Below are positions 19,476-28,990 of a stretch of DNA of 64,000 nt, piece after piece. This stretch comes from an uncultured Alphaproteobacteria bacterium. GTDB taxonomy: Bacteria > Pseudomonadota > Alphaproteobacteria > RF32 > CAG-239. Each line of letters begins with the position of its first letter. The first letter of the stretch is position 1. The stretch spans positions 3,597 to 67,596 of the forward strand of contig CALXYB010000009.1 in assembly GCA_944392835.1 (NCBI GenBank), in the 5' to 3' direction. A model generated the notes under the pieces. It saw nothing but the letters and a program-made list of their open reading frames with translations. It ran no database searches and was not told where the DNA came from. The position numbers were made by a program, and so were the translations under genes.

Positions 19476-19831
19476 TAAAAATAAACCCCTCTAAACTCTA
19501 GATAATTCAATAAGCGACTCTTGGCAAGCAGATATAGATTTATGCACAAATTTTGTGGATTTCTTTTTTTTGTAAAACTCATTTATCAGAAAAAGAAACT
19601 GATTTAATAAAAAAAATATTTCATTAGCGGAATATTTACCTTTCTGGGTGTAAAAAAACGATGTTTAGAGCTCCTTGTAACTGTGAATTTTTTGTTACAG
19701 GGAAAAAGTTTAAGCAAAAACAGCTAGTTAGCTCTTTTGGGGTCAGATGATTAATGCTGGAAAAAAGTTTAAAAATTAGCTATTCTAAAAGAGTATAAGA
19801 AGTTTTGCTAAATTAATTAAGGAGAAAGATT

Positions 19832-20170
19832 ATGCGATTTTTTAAGAAAAATTTTTGGACCCTCAGCTGTCTGGCCCTGGTGCTTGTAATGGCAATGAGC
19901 GGCAACGCCCTTGCTGATGGTAACACCTTGATGGAAACAGCCCAGACCAAAGCAAAGAGTGTGTTCTCATCCGTTAAAACCATCATCTTTATTATTGGTG
20001 GTTTCGGTTTGGTAGGTTTGGCATTCCAAGCTATTTTCGGTAAAGTAAAATGGACATGGTTTGCATCCTTGGCTGTAGGTTTGGCTATTTTGGCTGCAGC
20101 TGGTTCTATTGTAGAATACGCTACAGGTTCTCGTGAAGCCGGACTTGAAACAACCTTCGGTGATATTTAG
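19832..20170 (+). CDS. virB2: VirB2/TrbC-family T4SS pilin (probable major pilin)
   Basis: RBS AAGGAG, signal ALA|D, two hydrophobic helices around FGKVKW; first gene of the vir operon. Confidence 0.8.
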   Translation: MRFFKKNFWTLSCLALVLVMAMSGNALADGNTLMETAQTKAKSVFSSVKTIIFIIGGFGLVGLAFQAIFGKVKWTWFASLAVGLAILAAAGSIVEYATGSREAGLETTFGDI

Positions 20171-20304
20171 TCTAAAGGCTTAACGAAACTTAAATTAAGT
20201 GAATGATTAGGGAGGCAACAATGGTAAATTTTAATCAAAATAAACCGCAAAGCCTCCCTTTTGTTCACAAACAGACAAAGAAAAATAAAAAGGTGGTGAA
20301 TGAG

Positions 20305-20649
20305 ATGTTGTGCGTAAAATTAAAGAAATTCCTGTTTCTTTCGGTGCTGATGTTCGTGGTTTCTTCAGTTTTATTTGCAACGAACTCATACGCATTGTTT
20401 GAGACTTTAACTGACTCCGGTGTAAAGATTTTTACCGGAATGCGTGAAATCATTTTTGCCGTATCTGGTTTTGGTATTGTTGCTGTGGCCATTGGTGGCT
20501 TTTTCGGAAACTTAAACTGGAAATGGTTAAGTGCAATTATCATAGGTCTGGTTGTGATTGCAACCACGGCGGCCATAATTAACTATATGGTTGATAGTGA
20601 AGCAATTACTTCAGAACAAATTCAAGATACTTTGATTAAAGCAAATTAA
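20305..20649 (+). CDS. virB2: Second VirB2/TrbC-family pilin (start 20305 or 20221)
   Basis: IIFAVSGFGIVAVAIGGFFGNLNWKWL aligns with IIFIIGGFGLVGLAFQAIFGKVKWTWF of the preceding pilin. Confidence 0.75.
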   Translation: MLCVKLKKFLFLSVLMFVVSSVLFATNSYALFETLTDSGVKIFTGMREIIFAVSGFGIVAVAIGGFFGNLNWKWLSAIIIGLVVIATTAAIINYMVDSEAITSEQIQDTLIKAN

Positions 20650-20696
20650 CAATATTATAAAGAGCAAAGAAGCGACGGACGTTTGAGGAGGATGCC

Positions 20697-23531
20697 ATGT
20701 TAAACATTAAAAATATATCAAAGATGTTTTTGACGGCCTTTGTGGTTTCAGCATTGGTCTCTTTCTCACACGGAGCAAAGGCAGAAGTTTTAATTGATTG
20801 CTCGGGCAAAGAGGGTTATCAGCTTGAGATTTGTGAGCAGCAAAAAGCTTTGGCCGAAAAAAATGCCAAATCTAACGAAAGAGCACAAGAAGAAGCTAGA
20901 GAAAAAATAGAAAAAGCCTCAGAAAAAGCGACAGAGGCTACGAATGCACAAAAAGAGGCTGATAACAAGCGTCAAGAAGAATATTCAAAATATAATGAAG
21001 CATCAAAGCAAGCGGAAGATGCTGAAAGCAGAAAAAAAGCTGCAGAAGCAGCGCAAAAAGCAGCACAACAACAAATGACAGATGCAATTTCTCGGGGTGA
21101 TACGGCTGCAGCACAAGCGGCACGTGATGAGATGGTTAAACAGCAACAAGCCGCTAAGCAAGCCTCGGAAGAGTTAGATAAGGCAAACGAAGCCAAAGAC
21201 GAGGCATATAAGACAGCCAGCAAAGCTCAAAAAGAGGCCGATAAGGCTGCAGAAAAAGCTCAAAAAGCAGCAGAAAAAGCTGAAAAAGAAAAAATAAAAG
21301 CGGCAGAAAAAGCAGAAAAAAATGCGAATAAAGATTTGAAAAATGCCCAAAAGGACTATAACAAGCTTCTGGAAAAATGCGAAAAAGATCCAGCAAAATG
21401 TGATGTCAATGCTCTGCAGGAAGCCAAAACAAACCTTGATGCCGCAAAAGCCAATGCAAGTGCAGCAACAAAGGCTCGCCAGGACGTTGACGGAACGACA
21501 GCTGAAATGCAAAGGATGTTGGAGGAAGCTAAAAATTCTCCGGCTGGCTATTTAATCTGTAAAAATGCGGCAGGAGAAAGCTGCAGCAAAGGTTCTGACG
21601 GTTGTGATTGTTATGTGGAAATTCCTGAAGAAACAGCAACGGAGGATCCTTCAGCTTTACTAGATTCTATTGAAGAAGAAGAGCCTAACGAAGCTGAAAT
21701 TCAAGCTTATGACTGTGTGGATTCTGTAACTAATCAGAGTTGTACCTTAACATCAGAAAATGCAGAAACTTGTAAATGTAAGTATAAAGAGGTTTATACA
21801 GACGAATATGGTAATACCAAAGAAGGCGACGTTGGTACATCTGCCGAGTTAGATGAAAATGGAAATCCTGTATCGCAGCAGCGTTGTTATGAAGCAAGAA
21901 AGGATATATTTAAATATATTGCTTGCAAAGCAATGACCACTCTGGCAGATGTCCGCGTAATTGTTTATACCTTAGCTGGTTTTGGATTAATAGCCTTTGC
22001 TTTTGCCGCGATTTTCAACAAAATCAGCTGGAAGCATTTGGCAAACTTGTGCATCGCATTGTTCATCCTGTCAATGATGACACCATTTATTGAGTATTTT
22101 ACACAAGACAATGGCGGAAAATTAACTTACGGAAACTATTTGCCAGCAGGATTTACTAACATTGACGGCTCGGATGTAGATGCTGCAGCAAACTGTGATA
22201 CTAGTAAGGGTGATGTTTGTCCTGATGTCAATGTTGATACAAGTGCTAAAGACAGCAAATGGTCTTGGAAAGATTTGAAAAACACCGTAAAGAATGGTAT
22301 TAATGCGGCCAAAACAGCCTATGATACATATAAAACAGTTAAAAATACTGTAGAAACGACGGTTGAACAAGCCAAGAAGATTGGCGCGGCAATTAAAAAC
22401 TCAGAAGGTGGTTTAACTGGTGTATTGGACACTTTGGGCGAGGTTGCAACTGCTTCCGATACTATATTTAATACAGTTAAGACCGGAGCAGGTGCGGTTG
22501 TAAATAATACGGCTTCTATAGCCATGGATGTTCAAAATGCCGGAAAATCCTCAGCAGAATTGGCGTTTGATCAAGAAAATCAAGCTCGTATTAATGAGCT
22601 GGAGAAAAAACTTGCAGCAGGTAACTTAACGCCTCAAGAGCAAGAATGGGCTAAAGCCGAACTTGAGCAACGCAAAGCTGCAGTTGATCAGAATAAGGTG
22701 GCAGATTATGCCAATACCAAGGGTCAACAAGCTCTTGATAAGATTAATAATGCAGCCAAAACTGCTTCAACGGCAAGCGGCATTGTTACGACAGCCTCTA
22801 ATGCGGCACAGCAAGGTGCAACAATTGGTGGCGGCGCAGGAACAGCGGTAGGAGATACTTTGGGTGCAATCTTTGGCTTAGGAACAGCTGTGGGAGAGGG
22901 CATAGGAGCTGTTGATGATGCTAAACAAGCCAAAGTAGATGCTGCTAATGCTGAAAAAGCAGCTGCCGAGAAAGCTGCGGCAGAAGCTAAGAGACAAGAG
23001 GAAATTCGCCAAAATAATGCCTCTTACTCTCAAGGCAAGCAATGGGATAATAGTTTCAACGCAGGAATGGAGACCAAAACTCCTTCAGCACCGCAGATAG
23101 TTAGCTCTTCAAATAATAACAAACAAGAGGTACCTGATGAGCCATATGCAGCAAATATGACAAATATGCAAAAAGAAAACTGCGAAAAAAGAGGTGGCTT
23201 CTGGAACTCGGGAACCAACTCTTGTGCAGAGCCATCCAAAGCTTCTGTTTCAGAAAAGGAAAAGGCCTGCAAAGAAAAGAATGGTGTATGGGATCCTATA
23301 AACAATAGCTGTAAGACACCTGAAATTGAAAAGGTTGATGCAGATAAAAATGATCCGGATGTACATAAAAAAGTACAGGAAGCGATAGAAAAATGTAGGC
23401 TGAGTTGCTATGATACCTACATGACAACAACAGATATTTTAGGAAATAAAAATACCAATCTGGATCCTAATGCTCAACGAAAATATCAGGAATGTACAAG
23501 CAAATGTACAGCAAATAATGTAGTAAATTAA
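20697..23531 (+). CDS. Giant (944 aa) exported protein containing an internal VirB2-like pilin domain
   Basis: Signal peptide, Ala/Lys/Glu coiled coil, Cys-rich segment, IVYTLAGFGLIAFAFAAIFNKISWKHL pilin core, Gly zipper, Cys repeats. Confidence 0.7.
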   Translation: MLNIKNISKMFLTAFVVSALVSFSHGAKAEVLIDCSGKEGYQLEICEQQKALAEKNAKSNERAQEEAREKIEKASEKATEATNAQKEADNKRQEEYSKYNEASKQAEDAESRKKAAEAAQKAAQQQMTDAISRGDTAAAQAARDEMVKQQQAAKQASEELDKANEAKDEAYKTASKAQKEADKAAEKAQKAAEKAEKEKIKAAEKAEKNANKDLKNAQKDYNKLLEKCEKDPAKCDVNALQEAKTNLDAAKANASAATKARQDVDGTTAEMQRMLEEAKNSPAGYLICKNAAGESCSKGSDGCDCYVEIPEETATEDPSALLDSIEEEEPNEAEIQAYDCVDSVTNQSCTLTSENAETCKCKYKEVYTDEYGNTKEGDVGTSAELDENGNPVSQQRCYEARKDIFKYIACKAMTTLADVRVIVYTLAGFGLIAFAFAAIFNKISWKHLANLCIALFILSMMTPFIEYFTQDNGGKLTYGNYLPAGFTNIDGSDVDAAANCDTSKGDVCPDVNVDTSAKDSKWSWKDLKNTVKNGINAAKTAYDTYKTVKNTVETTVEQAKKIGAAIKNSEGGLTGVLDTLGEVATASDTIFNTVKTGAGAVVNNTASIAMDVQNAGKSSAELAFDQENQARINELEKKLAAGNLTPQEQEWAKAELEQRKAAVDQNKVADYANTKGQQALDKINNAAKTASTASGIVTTASNAAQQGATIGGGAGTAVGDTLGAIFGLGTAVGEGIGAVDDAKQAKVDAANAEKAAAEKAAAEAKRQEEIRQNNASYSQGKQWDNSFNAGMETKTPSAPQIVSSSNNNKQEVPDEPYAANMTNMQKENCEKRGGFWNSGTNSCAEPSKASVSEKEKACKEKNGVWDPINNSCKTPEIEKVDADKNDPDVHKKVQEAIEKCRLSCYDTYMTTTDILGNKNTNLDPNAQRKYQECTSKCTANNVVN

Positions 23532-23554
23532 GATATAATGCTAAATTATATTCT

Positions 23555-23570
23555 TTAACTACTCCTTAAC
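23555..23570 (+). promoter_or_regulatory. Perfect CtrA-type box upstream of virB3
   Basis: TTAA-ctactcc-TTAAC. Confidence 0.45.
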
Positions 23571-23612
23571 CACAAAAGAGTACACTATAATCAAGGTGTA
23601 CTCTTTTGTGTT
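23571..23612 (+). terminator. Terminator-like hairpin after the giant pilin gene
   Basis: CACAAAAGAGTACAC / GTGTACTCTTTTGTG 15-bp inverted repeat. Confidence 0.7.
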
Positions 23613-23745
23613 ATGGGCTATAGAGGCATGAAACAAAGTGAATAAACAACGCTTTGTCTTGCATAAATAAATCTTCTGACCTAAACTAAAAAGAGAGCAG
23701 AAAAGAATAAAGAAGCAGAATGTTAGCCGAGCAGGGTTTAATAAT

Positions 23746-24036
23746 ATGAGAGAAATGATATTAAAAGCCGTTGCCAATCCTCCAAAAATTTTATGGGGAC
23801 CGTTTTTGCCGACCTTGTTAAATATAGGTATTCAGTTCCCGATAATGTTTATGTTTATTGGTCTAGGCGATGTTAACCCATTGCTTTTTGTGTTTAGTAT
23901 TGTTCTTGTGCATGGGGCTATTGTTCTGGCAGGGACCAAAGAGCCGCATTTATCAACGATGATTCAAGCCTTTGGTCAAACCCGCAAAGTCACCACCAAC
24001 TTATATGTAGAGAAAGGCGCAAAATTTGAACCCTGA
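23746..24036 (+). CDS. virB3: VirB3-family T4SS protein
   Basis: KAVANPPKILWGP, two TM segments, KEPH; overlaps virB4. Confidence 0.8.
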   Translation: MREMILKAVANPPKILWGPFLPTLLNIGIQFPIMFMFIGLGDVNPLLFVFSIVLVHGAIVLAGTKEPHLSTMIQAFGQTRKVTTNLYVEKGAKFEP

Positions 24037-26458
24037 TTTTGATTTTTTCAGTACCTTTGTTCAAGGGCTGAGCAGTATGGAAGTTGTTGTAGCCGTTATT
24101 GGTTTTATTTCGGCTGCTTCTTTTGCCGGATTTTGGGCGACAAAATTCGGTCATCTGGTTTTGCCTCAGCCGAGAGAATCAAGAGTATCGGACTTTTTGC
24201 CTTTTAACAAACTTATGGCGGATGGTATAACCATTCGCTGTTATAATGGATCATTTGCGCGCGTTTTTCGGGTTGAAGGCATAGATTTATCTTTTGTAAC
24301 AGATGAAAAAAGCCTTTCCATGATGGAAGCCAGAAAATCATGGATTGACGGTATGTCTGATTTGCAGATTGTCTGCCGCGTTATTACATTGCGTGAACGT
24401 GTTGCAATGGAAGAGGATAGTGGTGATTTTAACAATCCCTTATTGGAGCAAATATCAAATACCTGGCGTAACACCTTAGACCGAGTTTACACCAACCGTC
24501 ATTATATTGTTCTTTCGGTTGCAGACCGGCCTGACGCTCTAAAAGACCTGAACTATGCATCTCAAGCCCTTTTAGCAACATTAAATGACTACGGTGTAAA
24601 GCCGATGTATGAAACGGAAGATAGTCCGGCAGAAGAAAGTCCTTTATCTGTTTTTGCTAAAATATGTAGCCCGATTACGCAACCAGCGCCCAAAGTCCGC
24701 AATGCTGAAGGTGCGCAAATGAATGAGATGCTAACCTCTGACCATATACACTTCACGGGAGAGAAGGGTATAATAAAGTTCTTTTCCGGCGAAAAGGAAA
24801 AATATGAAATAACCATGGGGATTCGCACCTCTGGTGATTATATGGATGAAGGAATGATTGCATCACTACTCTCCATAGATTGCGAATTAACCCTGCTTCA
24901 TAATATTAAGCCCTTTTTCAAACCTCACGCCAGAGCATTGTTAATGCAACAACAGCGTATGGCAACTGTAACCAGCTTTTCACCGGATGTTATTAATCAA
25001 TACAGCGAAGCCTTATCTTCCATTGAAGATAGTGATGCAGACTATCAGGCTCTGACAGAATACGCCATGACGGTTATTTTAAAGGGCGACAGCATGGAGG
25101 AAATAGATTTTGGGGAAAGCGAAGTACAACGTATTTGTCGTTTGTTTAGTGTAACCCCTGTCCGCGAAGGTTGGGTAACACAAGCTACCTTTTTTAATCA
25201 ATTTCCGACCTATGAAACCTACCCAAGAACATATCGTTATTTATCAAGGGTTGTTGCGATGGCTGTTTCTTTTGATAAACCATCAGAAGGATTCTCTAAG
25301 TCAGACTGGGGGCCGGGGGCTATTACGGTTTTCCGTACGACATCCGGTTCTGCATACCGATTCCAATTCCATGTATCATCAGAAGATTCTGCGGTTGCCC
25401 ACTGTTGCATTATTGGTCCGACCGGACAAGGTAAAACAACTTTGCTTACGTTCTTGGCTGGACAAGCAATGCGCCACAGCGACCTGAAAGTATTCTTCTT
25501 TGACCGTCACCGCGGTGCCGAAATTTTTACACGTTCAATCGGCGGCGCTTATGTTGGTTTTGATGGTGATGAGAAAAATGTATCGTTAAATCCTTTTGAT
25601 ACAGCCAATACACCAAACAATAGAGCATTTTTACGTCGTTGGATGAAATCTATTACAATGGTAGACGATGCATTGTCTGAAAAAGAGATTGCCCGCGCTG
25701 TAACAACGGCTTTTGATTATTTGCGTCCGGAAGAACGCATTATGAAAAATCTATATAAAAGCTGCTTCTCTCCTACCGGAAATATGAGAAGAGAGCTATT
25801 TCGTTGGGTTAACCCGGATCAGTATGGTAATATTTTTAATGCCGAGAATGATAGTTTGGACTTGAGCGCAAAACGCTTTATGGCCTTTGACTTTACACAT
25901 ATATTTGAAGATGAAACTTTAGCTCCGGCCGTAATCAGCTATATTATGCATCGTATTATGTCTGAAACTGGTGACACCGGTGTACCTTCATTGATTATGA
26001 TAGACGAAACGGCACCGATGCTTAAGCACCCGATGTTTAGAGATTACTTTATTATTGGTTTGCAAGAGGGACGTAAAAAACGCCAAGCATATCTTTGTGC
26101 ATTCCAACAGCCAAATATTATTGATAAATTAGGAGTTGGCGAGGTTATTCGCGGACAATGTCAAACCATTATCTTTTTCCGCAACCCTCAAGCCATGCCA
26201 GAAGATTATGCAAACTGGAACTTAACGCAAAGGGAGATTGAGTTTATTTTTGGTAAAAGTTATCGTGATTTTCCTTATGCAATTTTGTTATCACGACCGG
26301 CAACGGGAGAGTCTGTAATTTTGGATGTTGATTTAAGCGGCTTAGGCCCGTATTTGAAGTTATACAACTCCGGCCGAAAGAATGTTCTTTTGGTAGAGGA
26401 GCTGATTAAGGAATATGGTGAAGAAAACTTTGTTACAAAATATTTAAATATTGCGTGA
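24026..26458 (+). CDS. virB4: VirB4 T4SS ATPase
   Basis: IIGPTGQGKTT, FFFDRHRG, SLNPF, IMIDE, GRKK, QTIIFFRNP; extra N-terminal hydrophobic segment. Confidence 0.93.
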   Translation: MNPDFDFFSTFVQGLSSMEVVVAVIGFISAASFAGFWATKFGHLVLPQPRESRVSDFLPFNKLMADGITIRCYNGSFARVFRVEGIDLSFVTDEKSLSMMEARKSWIDGMSDLQIVCRVITLRERVAMEEDSGDFNNPLLEQISNTWRNTLDRVYTNRHYIVLSVADRPDALKDLNYASQALLATLNDYGVKPMYETEDSPAEESPLSVFAKICSPITQPAPKVRNAEGAQMNEMLTSDHIHFTGEKGIIKFFSGEKEKYEITMGIRTSGDYMDEGMIASLLSIDCELTLLHNIKPFFKPHARALLMQQQRMATVTSFSPDVINQYSEALSSIEDSDADYQALTEYAMTVILKGDSMEEIDFGESEVQRICRLFSVTPVREGWVTQATFFNQFPTYETYPRTYRYLSRVVAMAVSFDKPSEGFSKSDWGPGAITVFRTTSGSAYRFQFHVSSEDSAVAHCCIIGPTGQGKTTLLTFLAGQAMRHSDLKVFFFDRHRGAEIFTRSIGGAYVGFDGDEKNVSLNPFDTANTPNNRAFLRRWMKSITMVDDALSEKEIARAVTTAFDYLRPEERIMKNLYKSCFSPTGNMRRELFRWVNPDQYGNIFNAENDSLDLSAKRFMAFDFTHIFEDETLAPAVISYIMHRIMSETGDTGVPSLIMIDETAPMLKHPMFRDYFIIGLQEGRKKRQAYLCAFQQPNIIDKLGVGEVIRGQCQTIIFFRNPQAMPEDYANWNLTQREIEFIFGKSYRDFPYAILLSRPATGESVILDVDLSGLGPYLKLYNSGRKNVLLVEELIKEYGEENFVTKYLNIA

Positions 26459-26537
26459 TTGAGCGATTAGTCGTTTATCATTTGTTCAATTTTTGCTATT
26501 ATTAATATAAGGACATAGGACGTTATGGAGGTTGGAT

Positions 26538-28331
26538 ATGAGAAAAAATAATTTTTTGCGACTGCTTGCAGTAAGCTGTTTTTTGTCGCTGGCTCTCCAG
26601 CCTCGCCAAGTTGCGGCTCAATGGCCAACACTTGATATTTCTTCAATTAAAGAAGGAATTTCAACCAATATTGAATTGGTGAAACAATCCAAAGTCGTAA
26701 CGGATGCTATGGCAACAGCCGGAAAAATTAATTCGGCAATTGGTGATGCCAAGGCCAGTGCCTCCAAATTTATCGGAGACAACCTTGAAAAAGCGCAAGA
26801 AAAAATGAAAAAGCTTCAAGAAGAAAAAGAACGTATTGAAAAAAGAAAAGAACAATATGAAAAAATAAAGAAGCAAATGGACGAAAAGAAGAAGAAACTG
26901 GAAGAGTACAAGAGTAAAGTTCAAGACGCTAAGGCTCAGGCAGAAGGTTATATAAATGATGCCAAAGAAATGAAAGAGGCTGCATCAGGTTTAATTGATG
27001 AGGTTAAAAGTGATATAGACCAACGTACGGGAGGTGAAAGTTCGTCTGTACCCACGCCAGAGTTAGACACGCCACAAGACGTAACTGCTCCGGAAACACA
27101 GACCGTTTCATCCGGACGCACAGCATTTGGAACACAGCAAACCTTGACGGAAGACGAAATGCAAGTTTTACCGCCGACATCTGATGCTAAAGATTATGGT
27201 GAACAAGATACACAAACAGCAGAGAAGGCGCAAGAGATGACTGAAGAGCAAATGCGTATTCAGTCTGAGATGAGTGCACTTGATCAAGAAAGAGCCGAGC
27301 TTGAGGTTGATGCAATGTTCGCAAAGACCCCTGAAGAGAAGGCTGCAATTGAAGAGAAAATGAAAGCTCTTGATGAAAAATACAAGGAGCTAGAAAAACA
27401 GCTTGAAGATAGTCAAAACAAGCCGGAAGAAGAAAAGGATGAAGAAGCAAAATCTGAGGATGAACAAAAGGATGATTCTGAAGATAAGGCAAAAGATGAA
27501 ACAGAAAAAGATAAAGAAGATGAAGAGCAATCATTGCATCGTCCAAAGATTTTAGATGGTGAGACCTCAACAAAAATGGAAATCCCTGAAGCTCACAGGC
27601 CTAAAATCTTAGACGGAGAGACTTCAACTCAGATGGAAATACCGGAATCTCACCGTCCGAAAATTTTGGATACTTATGAGGCTCCGAAAGACCATCGTCC
27701 GAAAATATTAGATTTATATGAGCAACAACGTTCTCAAGGCTCATCCGGCGGATTTCGTAAGCGTGCCACACCGAAAACTTCGGCGCTGGAAGGAAAACAC
27801 TATGCATTACGCAGTTTTTCTGAAACTTTGGTCTTCGCCGATTTAACAGGGGGAGATGTTCCGGATGGTACGGTAAATGGCGTATTTATCTTTTCAGACC
27901 GCTTAGCTCAAGAATGCGAAGTAAATGTCAAAGATTTGGAAGATGAATCTGTTATGGATAAATGTATCAAAAAACTAGTTAAAGACAAATCAGATAATGA
28001 TGCATCCATTGCGCAGGGAGCTGATGCCATTTATAGAACCATAATGCAAGAAACGATTAACGCATTGATCGCCGAAAGCATGGCTCGTAAAAACGAAGCG
28101 GCTAATTATGAAACAGAAGTATTGAAAAAAATAGAAAAGCAAATTGCCAATACAAAAAATAATCGTGATGATACGTCAGGTTTGTCTGTTACTAATCTGG
28201 AAACGCAATATCTATTAAACCGTATTTTGACCATATACTCGGCTCAGTTATCCGTAGATGCACTGAGTGCTGTTGGCGGCTTTGACAAATCATACTACCA
28301 AGACAGTGATGAAGAAAGCGGAGAAGAATAA
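26538..28331 (+). CDS. Exported coiled-coil protein, VirB5/TrbJ-like paralog 1
   Basis: Signal VAA|QWPTLDISS (VirB5-like N-terminus), helical C-domain, position after virB4. Confidence 0.5.
   Translation: MRKNNFLRLLAVSCFLSLALQPRQVAAQWPTLDISSIKEGISTNIELVKQSKVVTDAMATAGKINSAIGDAKASASKFIGDNLEKAQEKMKKLQEEKERIEKRKEQYEKIKKQMDEKKKKLEEYKSKVQDAKAQAEGYINDAKEMKEAASGLIDEVKSDIDQRTGGESSSVPTPELDTPQDVTAPETQTVSSGRTAFGTQQTLTEDEMQVLPPTSDAKDYGEQDTQTAEKAQEMTEEQMRIQSEMSALDQERAELEVDAMFAKTPEEKAAIEEKMKALDEKYKELEKQLEDSQNKPEEEKDEEAKSEDEQKDDSEDKAKDETEKDKEDEEQSLHRPKILDGETSTKMEIPEAHRPKILDGETSTQMEIPESHRPKILDTYEAPKDHRPKILDLYEQQRSQGSSGGFRKRATPKTSALEGKHYALRSFSETLVFADLTGGDVPDGTVNGVFIFSDRLAQECEVNVKDLEDESVMDKCIKKLVKDKSDNDASIAQGADAIYRTIMQETINALIAESMARKNEAANYETEVLKKIEKQIANTKNNRDDTSGLSVTNLETQYLLNRILTIYSAQLSVDALSAVGGFDKSYYQDSDEESGEE
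27537..27722 (+). repeat. Coding repeat HRPKILD x4 (57-bp and 42-bp units)
   Basis: Protein repeat with synonymous DNA divergence. Confidence 0.8.
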
Positions 28332-28990
28332 TGAAGAAAATATATCTGACATTATCCGTTTTTTGCCTAACGCTGCTTAGTGGCGTAATGTCAGCACGTG
28401 CAGACTTAGAAATATTTGAAAAGATAGAAGAATACATGGGTGTTATTCAAAATAACAAAAACTATCTTGAAAATCAATTGGCGCAATTAGAAGAGATGAA
28501 GCGCAGTGCTTCGGAAGGTGTAGGCAACGCCGTCCAAAAAATAAATGAAGTTAAGAGTAATCCTTTAGGGGTTGATGAAGAACTGCTTAATGTTGTTCCT
28601 GACGGCATTCCAGATTTAAATAATATAGGCAAAGCGAAAGAACAAGTAGAGGGTATATATAATCTTCAGGCAGGACAAGGAAATGATAATCAACGCTCCG
28701 CGGAACAAGAAGAAAAACTTTTAGACATTCAGCGTGAAAATCTTGCCAATCTTTACGCTGTCGCCTTTACGACAAGAGCTCTGTTGGCTAAAGAGCGCCA
28801 AACACCTGAACCGGAAAATGACATGAAAGATACGCGAGAGATAATCAAACTAACCAATAAAAAGGCATCAGAAATGCTGCGTCGTCTGCGTAACGTCATG
28901 AAGTTAGAGGCTGCAACATCAGAGTTTAAAATAACCCAGATGGCAAGGGCTTATTCAGTCCAAGAAGAAGAGGAAGGAGAAGAAAAATGA
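28331..28990 (+). CDS. Exported helical protein, VirB5-like paralog 2
   Basis: Signal ARA|D, VirB5-sized, C-terminal helices resemble the neighbours. Confidence 0.45.
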   Translation: MKKIYLTLSVFCLTLLSGVMSARADLEIFEKIEEYMGVIQNNKNYLENQLAQLEEMKRSASEGVGNAVQKINEVKSNPLGVDEELLNVVPDGIPDLNNIGKAKEQVEGIYNLQAGQGNDNQRSAEQEEKLLDIQRENLANLYAVAFTTRALLAKERQTPEPENDMKDTREIIKLTNKKASEMLRRLRNVMKLEAATSEFKITQMARAYSVQEEEEGEEK

